DNA of 64,000 nucleotides from Patescibacteria group bacterium. GTDB lineage: Bacteria > Patescibacteriota > Minisyncoccia > Phycocordibacterales > UBA918. Each line of letters starts with the position of its first letter. The stretch's first letter is position 1. Positions 18,910-27,840 of the stretch are shown in pieces. Made by a program: the position numbers and the translations under genes. Where the stretch lies: the NCBI GenBank assembly GCA_019745315.1, contig JAIETH010000001.1:193295-257294 (forward strand). The letters are read 5' to 3'. The notes under the pieces are model-generated. The model saw only the letters and a program-made list of their open reading frames with translations. It was not told the origin of the DNA and ran no database searches.

Positions 18910-20133
18910 TTAGTCTGCTGTATTTTTAGAGATACGATATATTGCTCCTGCTCGATCGTCAGACACATATGCAACACCTCCTGGCTCAACCAAAATATCT
19001 ACTGGTCGTCCAAGCGATTCTTTTGCAGGAGCGCCTGGAGCTAAGAAACCAGTGAGAAAATCAATCGGGCCACCTATCGCGTTTCGAGATTCATCAAGAT
19101 CAAAGCGCACCACCTTGTATCCTGTCGGCTCCTTACGATTCCATGATCCGTGATATGCAACAAGCATATCGAGACGCATATCTTCTCCCCATCCTTCTTC
19201 TGGAATAAATGCAATTCCTAATACAGCGGAATGCGCTTGGAGATCTATGTGTGACGGTGTTTTATCTGCACACGGATCTCGAATGTATGTTTTGTTATCA
19301 AAGTCTGTGTCGTGAATATTTTTTCCATAACAGAGAGGCCAGCCGTAGTCTTTTCCTTCGGTGAGTATGTTTACCTCGTCTGGTGGAATATCATCTCCAA
19401 TCAAATCGCGACCATGATCAGTTCCCCATACTTCGCCGGTAACAGGCTCCGTAGCCATAAACACGGTGTTTCGTAAACCAGACGCAAATGTCGTGACTTC
19501 CTTTGTTGCGAGATCAAGTGCGAGCACAGTTGCGCGTCGTTCATCTTTTTCTTCACACACATTACATGAAGAACCAACAGAAATGAGTAGTCGTTTCCCG
19601 TCAGGATGCATCAAAAGCGTACGAGTAAAATGCCCACTGCCTGTTGGAAATGTCGTGAGGGTCTCTTTATAGGTAGCCGTAAATGCGAGAGGATCATATG
19701 TATATGATTTAAGCTCGCCTGTTTCAGCGACATACAAGAGACACGCCCCTTCTTCACACTGAACCAGAATTCCATGTGGCTGCTGCAACCCCTCAAGTAC
19801 GACAACCGTATGATCCGCAACGCCATTTGCATCAGTATCTGGAAGCGCGACTATTTTTCCATCCTTGGTTAAGGAAACCAACATCATACCCCCATCGTCG
19901 CGAGTCATAACACGCGCGCCTGGAGTCTCACGAGAAAAAATAGTTGTTGTGAAGCCTTCCGGCGCCTCAAACGGAGCAATATCTCCTTGAGGTAACGGAG
20001 GCGCCGGCTTCGCTGTTTTGGTAACAAGATTCACCAGAAATGTCGGTGGTTTTTGTTTTACATACTCATACGCATAGTAACTCCCTACTCCGCATAGGAT
20101 CAGTATAGAGAAAATAATTCCGAGTGTTCGCAT
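18910..20133 (-). CDS. PQQ-dependent glucose/sorbosone dehydrogenase-like beta-propeller (GSDH family)
   Basis: DYGWP motif and multiple blade repeats. N-terminal TM anchor. Confidence 0.65.
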   Translation of the reverse strand: MRTLGIIFSILILCGVGSYYAYEYVKQKPPTFLVNLVTKTAKPAPPLPQGDIAPFEAPEGFTTTIFSRETPGARVMTRDDGGMMLVSLTKDGKIVALPDTDANGVADHTVVVLEGLQQPHGILVQCEEGACLLYVAETGELKSYTYDPLAFTATYKETLTTFPTGSGHFTRTLLMHPDGKRLLISVGSSCNVCEEKDERRATVLALDLATKEVTTFASGLRNTVFMATEPVTGEVWGTDHGRDLIGDDIPPDEVNILTEGKDYGWPLCYGKNIHDTDFDNKTYIRDPCADKTPSHIDLQAHSAVLGIAFIPEEGWGEDMRLDMLVAYHGSWNRKEPTGYKVVRFDLDESRNAIGGPIDFLTGFLAPGAPAKESLGRPVDILVEPGGVAYVSDDRAGAIYRISKNTAD

Positions 20134-20145
20134 ATCAATACAAAA

Positions 20146-21066
20146 CTAGATATTCAACACAAGCGTACTTCGAATAGTATCAAACCGCTTAATCAAAGCA
20201 GCTCTATCAAACTCTTGAACCGCTCCTTGTTCATAGTTTTCTGCCATAGTGTAGTGAATGAAGTAACGAAACGCGATGCACGGCTGTGTTCCACTGAGTG
20301 CGTAAACAACCTCTTCATATCTATTACCAGCACCAGCATTTGAAGAAGACGCAATTGAATAGGTCATACCATTTTCTGTTACCGTACTTGGAGTATGGGT
20401 ACCATCAAGGAAAAGATCAGCACTACAGCTCTCTACCCCCGCAATACTTTCAACACTGATATATGTATCATTTGAAAGATTGGTTCCTGTCGCAATCTTC
20501 ATAGGTATGGTGAACTTTACACCTTTTAGAATCTTCGCAGGATTTGCCTGATACGTATGAGCTTCGTCTATCGCATACGCATCTTCACCTGCAGGTATCC
20601 TGAGTGAGAAAGTGCTACTTGCACTCACATAGACACCAGAGAGATCAGATCCAGAAGGTGTCATGGCGACAGCCATACATCCCTTATATGTTTTCTCTTC
20701 GTTACTCTCGAGCATGAGCGCTCCATTGCCCTGTGCCCAAAACACTCGCGACTCGTCAGCGTTGGCATACCGTGCCCCGCTCGCTGATTCAACCTGAACA
20801 AGGGAAAGTGTATCGCCGTTTTCAAACGCAATTTCTACAGAACGACCCGCAGAGGTGTTACCTGAAAATATGTCTGGCTCTATGAACGTAGCATCAAACC
20901 GCCCTCCCTCACGACATACATACTGTGCTGTTGATTTTTTAAACAGAACCTCTTCGGCTTGAGGAGCTGTTTCTATGTTTTGATGTGTTTTTACATACCA
21001 CCCCCCAACACCAATAATTGCGATGAGTAATATGATCGAAAAAATAAGAGATTTTGTGCTTTCCAT
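20146..21066 (-). CDS. membrane-anchored protein with MliC (lysozyme inhibitor) domain plus C-terminal unknown domain
   Basis: YVCREGG...SASGARY is the MliC hallmark. Confidence 0.6.
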   Translation of the reverse strand: MESTKSLIFSIILLIAIIGVGGWYVKTHQNIETAPQAEEVLFKKSTAQYVCREGGRFDATFIEPDIFSGNTSAGRSVEIAFENGDTLSLVQVESASGARYANADESRVFWAQGNGALMLESNEEKTYKGCMAVAMTPSGSDLSGVYVSASSTFSLRIPAGEDAYAIDEAHTYQANPAKILKGVKFTIPMKIATGTNLSNDTYISVESIAGVESCSADLFLDGTHTPSTVTENGMTYSIASSSNAGAGNRYEEVVYALSGTQPCIAFRYFIHYTMAENYEQGAVQEFDRAALIKRFDTIRSTLVLNI

Positions 21067-21081
21067 ATGTGAATACTTTTA

Positions 21082-21978
21082 CTAATTAGATTTTGTTTCG
21101 TAGTAGCCTACTAATGCTTTTATACCTGCAAGGTTTTGAGCCCATTCAATCGTTTCATGAGTTTTAAGCTCTACTGTGATTGCTGGAATATTAATAGAAG
21201 CGAGCCATCCTTCAGCATCTCCTGTTACAGGATATGCATCAAAAGAATCTACTGCCGTATACCCTGCGGCTTTTGAATACGTATTCATAATAGCAAGCGT
21301 TTCTGGCAAAATGCCATTCTCGCACTCCGAAGCATACACCGCATTTGCCTGACTATGCCAAAAAACGACAGCGTCCGGAGCACTTTTTACAACAAATGTT
21401 TGTAAGGCTTTTGCTTCTGGCTCAGAGAATGGTGCAGTACCTGCACTCACCACCTCACTTCTCCAGGTACTTTCTGGTTTCCACTTACAGTCAAAGTTAC
21501 GATTAAGATCTACGTCGCGAGCATTAAAGCGACCGAGAGCGGTACTACTTGTTGGTACGTCAGAGAGTGCAAAGCGTCCCTCTTTTTGAATAACATCATA
21601 GAGACCATCTGGATTAAGAGATGGGATCACGGTAATACGAAGATTGTCGGAAATAAATGTAGGATTTGAAGAAAGGTAATCCATGAAAGAATATGCTAAT
21701 AACACACTATTCCATTCATACCCTCCATGGATCCCACCCACAAGAAGAAGATGTGTATCTCCATTTCCATACGTATACGCTTGTATTTCCCGACCCAAAA
21801 CCGAAGTACCGATAACTTCTTCTGAAACAAACGGTTTCTCCTCTTCGACAGAAATCGGCTCTACAACCGGAACATTCACAGCTGGCGTATCATTTTTCAA
21901 CCAGAGAAAACCAACAATACAACAGAGTACGAAAACAAAACCAATAGCAACACCGAGTCGCGCTCGAGAACTAAGCAT
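21082..21978 (-). CDS. M14-family zinc carboxypeptidase
   Basis: GGIHGGYEWNS zinc-binding region. N-terminal TM. Paralogous to the next gene. Confidence 0.75.
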   Translation of the reverse strand: MLSSRARLGVAIGFVFVLCCIVGFLWLKNDTPAVNVPVVEPISVEEEKPFVSEEVIGTSVLGREIQAYTYGNGDTHLLLVGGIHGGYEWNSVLLAYSFMDYLSSNPTFISDNLRITVIPSLNPDGLYDVIQKEGRFALSDVPTSSTALGRFNARDVDLNRNFDCKWKPESTWRSEVVSAGTAPFSEPEAKALQTFVVKSAPDAVVFWHSQANAVYASECENGILPETLAIMNTYSKAAGYTAVDSFDAYPVTGDAEGWLASINIPAITVELKTHETIEWAQNLAGIKALVGYYETKSN

Positions 21979-22901
21979 TATTTAGCGTAGAATTTAAGGA
22001 GAGCATCAACACCTGCTTTGTTTTTTGCCCAGTCAGTGCTGGTGTGAGTTGCAAGAAGTACGCTAATAGCTGGAATTTCTTTTTTCGCAAACCAATTCAC
22101 CATGTCTCCGGTGATTTCATAGAAATCAAAATCTTGGTACGCCTTGTATCCTGACGCATCAGCAAATGTTTTCATGATTGAGGTGGTCTCTCCTGAAACT
22201 CCATTGTGACAACTTGATGCAAAGACTCCACCCGCAGAGCTATACCACACCACAACCGCATCAGGTGTATTGGCCTCTACGTACGCTTTCACCGCCTGAC
22301 TTTCCGGCTCTGAAAAGACTGCAGCCCCTCCACTCACTGCCTTATTCTGCCACATACCTTTCTCGTTCCAGTCACAGTCAAAGTTGCGATTGAGGTCTAC
22401 AACGTTTGCATTGAAGCGACCTTTTATAAGAGTTTCTTGGGAACCAGAAATATCTGCCTGCGCAAAGCGACCTGTCGTACTTCCTACTACTTTACTTAAC
22501 CCATCTGGATTCATCACAGGAATAACAGTCACGCGAACATTTTTAGGAACGGTGCTCGATGACTGCGCAAGGTAGTCCATAAGCTCGTAGGAGACAAGTG
22601 CAGTATTCCAACTATAGCCACCATGAATTCCTCCAATAAACAGAAGATCCGTGTCTCCTTCTCCATAATGATACGCAACAATATCGCGTCCCTCGACAGA
22701 TTTTCCAATCACTGTTTTTGTTTTGTCTTTTTCTTCTTCTTTTACTTCACTCGTTGTCGTAGCAGTAATATCAACCATTGTAGGATTCGTATTCGGCATT
22801 TGAGGTGTTTCAGATTTTTTATAGAAAGAACTCTGTGTAAATAAATAACCTCCAATAACCACTACCACTATAACAACCACTGCGCTGATGAATATTTTCA
22901 T
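21978..22901 (-). CDS. M14-family zinc carboxypeptidase (tandem paralogue)
   Basis: GGIHGGYSWNT. Same architecture as 21082-21978. Confidence 0.75.
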   Translation of the reverse strand: MKIFISAVVVIVVVVIGGYLFTQSSFYKKSETPQMPNTNPTMVDITATTTSEVKEEEKDKTKTVIGKSVEGRDIVAYHYGEGDTDLLFIGGIHGGYSWNTALVSYELMDYLAQSSSTVPKNVRVTVIPVMNPDGLSKVVGSTTGRFAQADISGSQETLIKGRFNANVVDLNRNFDCDWNEKGMWQNKAVSGGAAVFSEPESQAVKAYVEANTPDAVVVWYSSAGGVFASSCHNGVSGETTSIMKTFADASGYKAYQDFDFYEITGDMVNWFAKKEIPAISVLLATHTSTDWAKNKAGVDALLKFYAK

Positions 22902-22990
22902 ATAACTCTATTTTAACACAAATACACAACCCTGATGGCGAGACCTCTCCAGCAGAAGACGCTTCAGAGTGACACCAATTACATAGACAT

Positions 22991-23011
22991 AAAAAAAGCC
23001 CGTGCTCACGG
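22991..23011 (-). terminator. terminator of GC-rich two-gene cassette
   Basis: GC hairpin (CCGTG-AGC-ACGG) followed by T7 on the minus strand. Confidence 0.45.
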
Positions 23012-23239
23012 CACCGGCTCTTGCTCCTTGACGATCTCTCGCACCTTCTCCATGAAAATGGCGAGACTTCTGCGTTCCTCGGACGTTAAAACCCGATCGA
23101 CGACGACACCCCTCCCGCCGATACGTTCGAACCCCTGCAGTCTGCCGCCTTCGAGAGTCAGTATCATTCCCGCCTTGCCAGGACATGCGATATCCACCAC
23201 CTCCTTCGCGCCATCGCCCTTGCGACAGTGGTATATCAC
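23006..23239 (-). CDS. hypothetical small protein (77 aa), GC-rich cassette gene 2
   Basis: ATGA overlap with the upstream gene. No family recognised. Confidence 0.4.
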   Translation of the reverse strand: MIYHCRKGDGAKEVVDIACPGKAGMILTLEGGRLQGFERIGGRGVVVDRVLTSEERRSLAIFMEKVREIVKEQEPVP

Positions 23240-23478
23240 AGACAGCGTCTGGAGCTGATCTGAACGCTCCGATAGGCTTCCGAGAGCTTTCGTGGAGTAT
23301 TTCGATTGATGACGAAGGCTCCCGACGCACGAAAGACATCATAGAGCTCCGAAATCTGAAGATTGGGCGGGCCGACAATAGCCCTGAAAAGGAACCGACG
23401 GAAGCTCGGGAAAAGGATCGCGAGAACGATCACACTTCCCACGATATAGATCACCCACGCCCAGGTGTTGGAAATCAT
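23236..23478 (-). CDS. hypothetical small N-terminal-TM protein (80 aa), GC-rich cassette gene 1
   Basis: CAGGAGA RBS 8 nt upstream of the ATG at 23478. One TM helix. Confidence 0.4.
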   Translation of the reverse strand: MISNTWAWVIYIVGSVIVLAILFPSFRRFLFRAIVGPPNLQISELYDVFRASGAFVINRNTPRKLSEAYRSVQISSRRCL

Positions 23479-23538
23479 CGGTTTTTTCTCCTGTATTCAA
23501 CCGGCGCACATACTACAACAAAACCGAGTTGGGGACAA

Positions 23539-24165
23539 TCAAACTACGTCTTCATTATTAACTTTTCCCTCCTCGATAACTGCCGCAACTATTCCCTTCT
23601 CTTTCCATCTCACATATCGATATCCTCCAACAACCACAATACCAGCACCAACAACAGAGATAATCAAATCCCACATAGTATCGCCATTGCTCGGCTGCAT
23701 AGTAGCAGTTGGGTGAAAAAACATGTCAATAAAAAATTCATATATCTCCCAAAGAACTGCAAGCGAGAGTGTAAATGATAGGGCAAGAAATGAAGTAAAC
23801 GCAGGAGAAATTGAAAGATCGCGCTCTCTAAAAAATATCACAAGCAACATAAAGCCTATGACAGTGAGACCCACACTTGCAGCTCCATGCAACATCAAGT
23901 CCCACCACTGAAATGTATTATAAAAATCTGCAATCTCTCCTAAAATAAGTGTTCCAAACATGAAAACGACAATACCTATTCGCAGGAGGTACGGTGTAAA
24001 TATATTGAAGCGTTTCTCAAGTACGTACGGAATAATAACCACTACCGCAGCTTGCGCCAGAACAAATAAACTCAACCAATCGAGTTTCCAAAGTTTATAA
24101 AGAGCTATACCTAAGAAAATAGCGTGGGCTACCTGTAGTACTCTGTAAGAGATATTTTTGAGCAT
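23539..24165 (-). CDS. hypothetical polytopic membrane protein
   Basis: 208 aa with about 6 TM helices. Confidence 0.5.
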   Translation of the reverse strand: MLKNISYRVLQVAHAIFLGIALYKLWKLDWLSLFVLAQAAVVVIIPYVLEKRFNIFTPYLLRIGIVVFMFGTLILGEIADFYNTFQWWDLMLHGAASVGLTVIGFMLLVIFFRERDLSISPAFTSFLALSFTLSLAVLWEIYEFFIDMFFHPTATMQPSNGDTMWDLIISVVGAGIVVVGGYRYVRWKEKGIVAAVIEEGKVNNEDVV

Positions 24166-24199
24166 TCAGCTCAGTATAGCTGAAAAAGAGAAAAGGATG

Positions 24200-25699
24200 C
24201 TAATCCTTCTTTTGATCGTATTTTTCTGAAATAAGATCAGCAGCGATCATGCCTGATTGATAAATGGTCGGCAAACCACTCCCCGGATGTGTACCACCAC
24301 CCACCAGATACATCTGATCTATTTCTTCAAATTTATTATGCGGGCGAAACATCAGCATTTGATCAAGACTATGCGCCATACTAAATACAGCTCCTCGATA
24401 GACGCCTGAAGCTTCCCAATCAAGTGGTGTAATTATTTTTTCGGTCACAATATGTTCTCGTATATTCTTTATAGGAGTACGCTTTTCAACTTCATTCAGT
24501 ACGATGTTTTTAAAAGTTTCTTTTTCTTTATTCCAATCAATGTTACTTGCATTATTCGGTACTGGAACGAGTATATAGATATTAGTCATACCCTCTGGTG
24601 CGACGGTTTTATCTGTCACCGACGCATTACGTACATAGAATGAAAAATCTTCAGAAACTTCGAGCGTTTTAAAAATTCTCTCAACATTCTTGCGATACTC
24701 TTTCGCAAACATAATAGTGTGATGCTTCATGTCTGGGTACTCCCCCCTGATACCGAGATAAATCATGAATGTTGAACACGAGTATCCTTTCTTGGCAATT
24801 TTCTCTGGACTATATTTCTTTAATACTCCTTCTGGGAATAGATGTGTCGCAGCATGCGCAAAATCGGCATTCAAAACTACTTCGTCTGCATATACCTTTT
24901 CTCCATTTTTTAGAGTCACACCAACAGCCTTCTTTCCTTCAAGAAGAACTTGGGACACAGGAGAGTTAAGATGAATAGTCCCACCTTTTTTCTCGACAAC
25001 AGCAGCCATTGCTTTCGATATTTTTGAAAGACCTCCTTCTACATGATAGATACCAAATGCATGTTCAATGTATGACAAGATCACGAAAAAAGCTGGGCAT
25101 GCAAACGGTGACATGCCGATGTATTTTGCTTGAAAGGTAAATGCGAGACGAAGCTTTTCAGCCTTAAAGTAGTTACCAAGATACTCAAAGAGAGATTTTC
25201 CGAGAGGTATCTGTGGAAGTGTCTTTATCACATTCAAATCTAAGAAATCTCGTACTGACGTATAGTTTCGTGCAAGAAAGGGTTTAATTTTTTCAAATCG
25301 GACTGACTCTCGCGCCATAAAACGATCGAAGCCCGCCTCTTCTCCTGGGAAATGTTTTTTGATCTCTGCTTTCATCCGTACTGCATCATCGTAGACATCA
25401 AAATTAAAGTCTTCATATGCAAGCTGATACATATGATTGAGACGCGTAAAGCGCATGTAGTCTTCACTTGATTCTCCGGAGCGTGCAAATACATCGTCCA
25501 GCATATCCTTAAGCATCAAAAATGTAGGACCGACATCAAAGGTAAACCCATCCTGCACAATTTCTGCATTGCGTCCCCCTACTATTTTTTCTTTTTCAAA
25601 TATATGTACGTCAAAACCGCGAGAGGCCAAAATCATGCCTGTCGTAAGCCCTCCCGGACCTGCTCCGATAATAAGAATTTTTTTTCGTGCGTCACTCAT
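24200..25699 (-). CDS. FAD-dependent oxidoreductase of the phytoene desaturase (CrtI) family
   Basis: N-terminal Rossmann KKILIIGAGPGGLTTGMILASRGFDVHIFEKEKIVGGR. The start was chosen at MSDARKK (25699), which forms an ATGA overlap with the UbiA gene stop. Confidence 0.75.
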   Translation of the reverse strand: MSDARKKILIIGAGPGGLTTGMILASRGFDVHIFEKEKIVGGRNAEIVQDGFTFDVGPTFLMLKDMLDDVFARSGESSEDYMRFTRLNHMYQLAYEDFNFDVYDDAVRMKAEIKKHFPGEEAGFDRFMARESVRFEKIKPFLARNYTSVRDFLDLNVIKTLPQIPLGKSLFEYLGNYFKAEKLRLAFTFQAKYIGMSPFACPAFFVILSYIEHAFGIYHVEGGLSKISKAMAAVVEKKGGTIHLNSPVSQVLLEGKKAVGVTLKNGEKVYADEVVLNADFAHAATHLFPEGVLKKYSPEKIAKKGYSCSTFMIYLGIRGEYPDMKHHTIMFAKEYRKNVERIFKTLEVSEDFSFYVRNASVTDKTVAPEGMTNIYILVPVPNNASNIDWNKEKETFKNIVLNEVEKRTPIKNIREHIVTEKIITPLDWEASGVYRGAVFSMAHSLDQMLMFRPHNKFEEIDQMYLVGGGTHPGSGLPTIYQSGMIAADLISEKYDQKKD

Positions 25700-26565
25700 A
25701 CTATATACACATTGAAATGGTAGACCAGATAGCCGACAAGATATGTTACAAAAGGATACAGCATATAGATAGAAAATACAGACCCCTTTTTGCGCAACAT
25801 ATAGAAACTTGCTGCGATAAGAACAAGATATGGAATCACGAGTCCTGTATGCGCATAGAGGCCTGACATCCACAGACAGAGCGCGACCGCGATATACCCC
25901 ACAAGACATACCCAAAGAGTAGCCTTCGCTTTCAAAATTGTGGCGATAGTTGCTATTCCTGCTTTTGTATCTGCCTCGATATCAGGGATTGCAGAGTATG
26001 CATGCATGACCGAAGACCAAATAGCTCCCGCAATCACTGGCAACCACCATATCTCTGTACCTCCTGCAGCAAAGTACCCCATAAGTCCTACACTCGCACA
26101 GAACACTCCATTTGAAAGACTATCGAGAAATGGTCTCGCTTTGAGACGCAGCGGAGGAAGCGAGTATGCGAGATTGAAAAGTATGAATGCAGCGCATGCC
26201 ATCTGCTCCAAGAAGGATGCTTGGTATAAGAGCGGAATAAAAGGAATTTGAAACAATATAATTGCCCATATAAGAGTCTTTTTCTCCTTAGCGTCTACAC
26301 GTGCTTCATACGTCCCCTTTTTTTCATTAAATGCATCGGTGTCTCCATCCGCAAGGTCGTTAATCCCATACACAAAGAGGTTTGCCGGGAGCGTAAAGTA
26401 GATGAGCCAAAAGACAATGTCGAGATTAAACACAACCGCATTACTCAACGACTGGGCTGCGCCAATACCGATGAGATAGGGGCCGAGTGCGTACATCCAA
26501 AAACGTGGACGTGATATATTCAATAAACGAAGCATCATAGTGATATCCATTGTAGTGCGAAACAC
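25696..26565 (-). CDS. UbiA-family prenyltransferase
   Basis: NDLADGDTD and DIEAD aspartate-rich motifs. 8-9 TM helices. GTG start at 26565, or ATG at 26550. Confidence 0.75.
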   Translation of the reverse strand: MFRTTMDITMMLRLLNISRPRFWMYALGPYLIGIGAAQSLSNAVVFNLDIVFWLIYFTLPANLFVYGINDLADGDTDAFNEKKGTYEARVDAKEKKTLIWAIILFQIPFIPLLYQASFLEQMACAAFILFNLAYSLPPLRLKARPFLDSLSNGVFCASVGLMGYFAAGGTEIWWLPVIAGAIWSSVMHAYSAIPDIEADTKAGIATIATILKAKATLWVCLVGYIAVALCLWMSGLYAHTGLVIPYLVLIAASFYMLRKKGSVFSIYMLYPFVTYLVGYLVYHFNVYIV

Positions 26566-26582
26566 TCAAAGAGTAAAATAAT

Positions 26583-27833
26583 ATGAAATTGGCTTTTATA
26601 ACGGATGGAACCTGGGGGGATATACTCCCCTTTGCGTTTGTTCTTAAGGAACTCAAAGGTCGTGGACATGAGGCTACTCTCTTTACTAATGCCTTTTACG
26701 AAACATTCGCCCATACACACGACATACCTTTTGCCTCCACTACATCAGCTGCAAGTCGTACTGAATTTCTCTCAAACCCAGATCTGTGGCATCCGACTCG
26801 CGGAATTGCCTTTCTAGGAAAAGCGACCGATGAGATGTTTGAGGAATCGTATCCTATCCTCGAAGAGAAACTTAGAGAAATGGATGCAATTATCTCTCAT
26901 TCGTTTACCTATGCGGCAAAAACACTCGCAGAGAAATATAACATCCCTTACATAGCGCTCTATACCGCACCCATGCAAGCACGAAGCCTCCATCGCTTCC
27001 CTGTTTTCTATGGTGGCAAAAACCCAAATACGCTCCCGTGGTTTATACGAAAAATATTCTATCCTATTGGAGATAGATTCTTCCTCGACCCTTACTTTGG
27101 CAAGAAGGTAAATAAAAAACGTAAAGAACTTGGGCTTGCACCCGCCTCTTCGTTTGTACACTGGGGTACATCTGATTTTCTCACCATTGGTCTCTGGCCT
27201 TCTTGGTATGCGCAACCAGAAATAGATCAACCTTTTTTAAAAACTACTACGTTTCCTCAAATTGAATTTAATACACACGACGACCCTGAACTTATTGACT
27301 GGATACAGAGAGGTGCACAACCAACGGTGGTTACTTTAGGAAGTGGCTATCTTTTTACAGAATCACTTAAGGTAACTCTTGAAGAAATTTCGCGCAGTCA
27401 TGGTGAGCGTTTTATACTCATCGGCCCACACGAAGAGAGGGATATGGCGAATGACACTGTTGCAGTGATTCACAACACACACCTCTCTTCAGTACTTGCG
27501 CGCTCTAAACTACTCATTAATCACGGAGGAGCCGGAACGCTCGCGCAAGGAGTACATGCAGGAATCCCACAACTCATTATTCCTCAAGGCCATGATCAGC
27601 ATGATAATGCATTTCGTATACAGGAACACAATCTTGGAGATGTACTCTGGTCTCAACATCCAACTGCAGAAGAACTATATATAAAAATGCAAAGCGTACT
27701 CTCTTCAACATTAATTCATGAACAATGCATCAAAGCAAAAAACCAGCTTGAAGAAGATACAGATGCCTGCGTACGCGCTGCCGATCTGATAGAAGAAAAG
27801 CTCCACAGGGAGCCTTTCAATACTTCTCGTTAA
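26583..27833 (+). CDS. GT1-family (UDP-glycosyltransferase / MGT / CrtX-like) glycosyltransferase
   Basis: The GT-B C-terminal motif HGGAGTLAQGVHAGIPQLIIPQGHDQHDNA. Confidence 0.75.
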   Translation: MKLAFITDGTWGDILPFAFVLKELKGRGHEATLFTNAFYETFAHTHDIPFASTTSAASRTEFLSNPDLWHPTRGIAFLGKATDEMFEESYPILEEKLREMDAIISHSFTYAAKTLAEKYNIPYIALYTAPMQARSLHRFPVFYGGKNPNTLPWFIRKIFYPIGDRFFLDPYFGKKVNKKRKELGLAPASSFVHWGTSDFLTIGLWPSWYAQPEIDQPFLKTTTFPQIEFNTHDDPELIDWIQRGAQPTVVTLGSGYLFTESLKVTLEEISRSHGERFILIGPHEERDMANDTVAVIHNTHLSSVLARSKLLINHGGAGTLAQGVHAGIPQLIIPQGHDQHDNAFRIQEHNLGDVLWSQHPTAEELYIKMQSVLSSTLIHEQCIKAKNQLEEDTDACVRAADLIEEKLHREPFNTSR

Positions 27834-27840
27834 CGTATTC

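Noticed and set aside
22908-23378. ORFs 22908-23378 (-) and 22935-23258 (+) in the GC-rich cassette
   Set aside because: They overlap the two SD-led genes 23478-23239 and 23239-23006 in other frames. They are Arg-rich and composition-driven, with no start signals.
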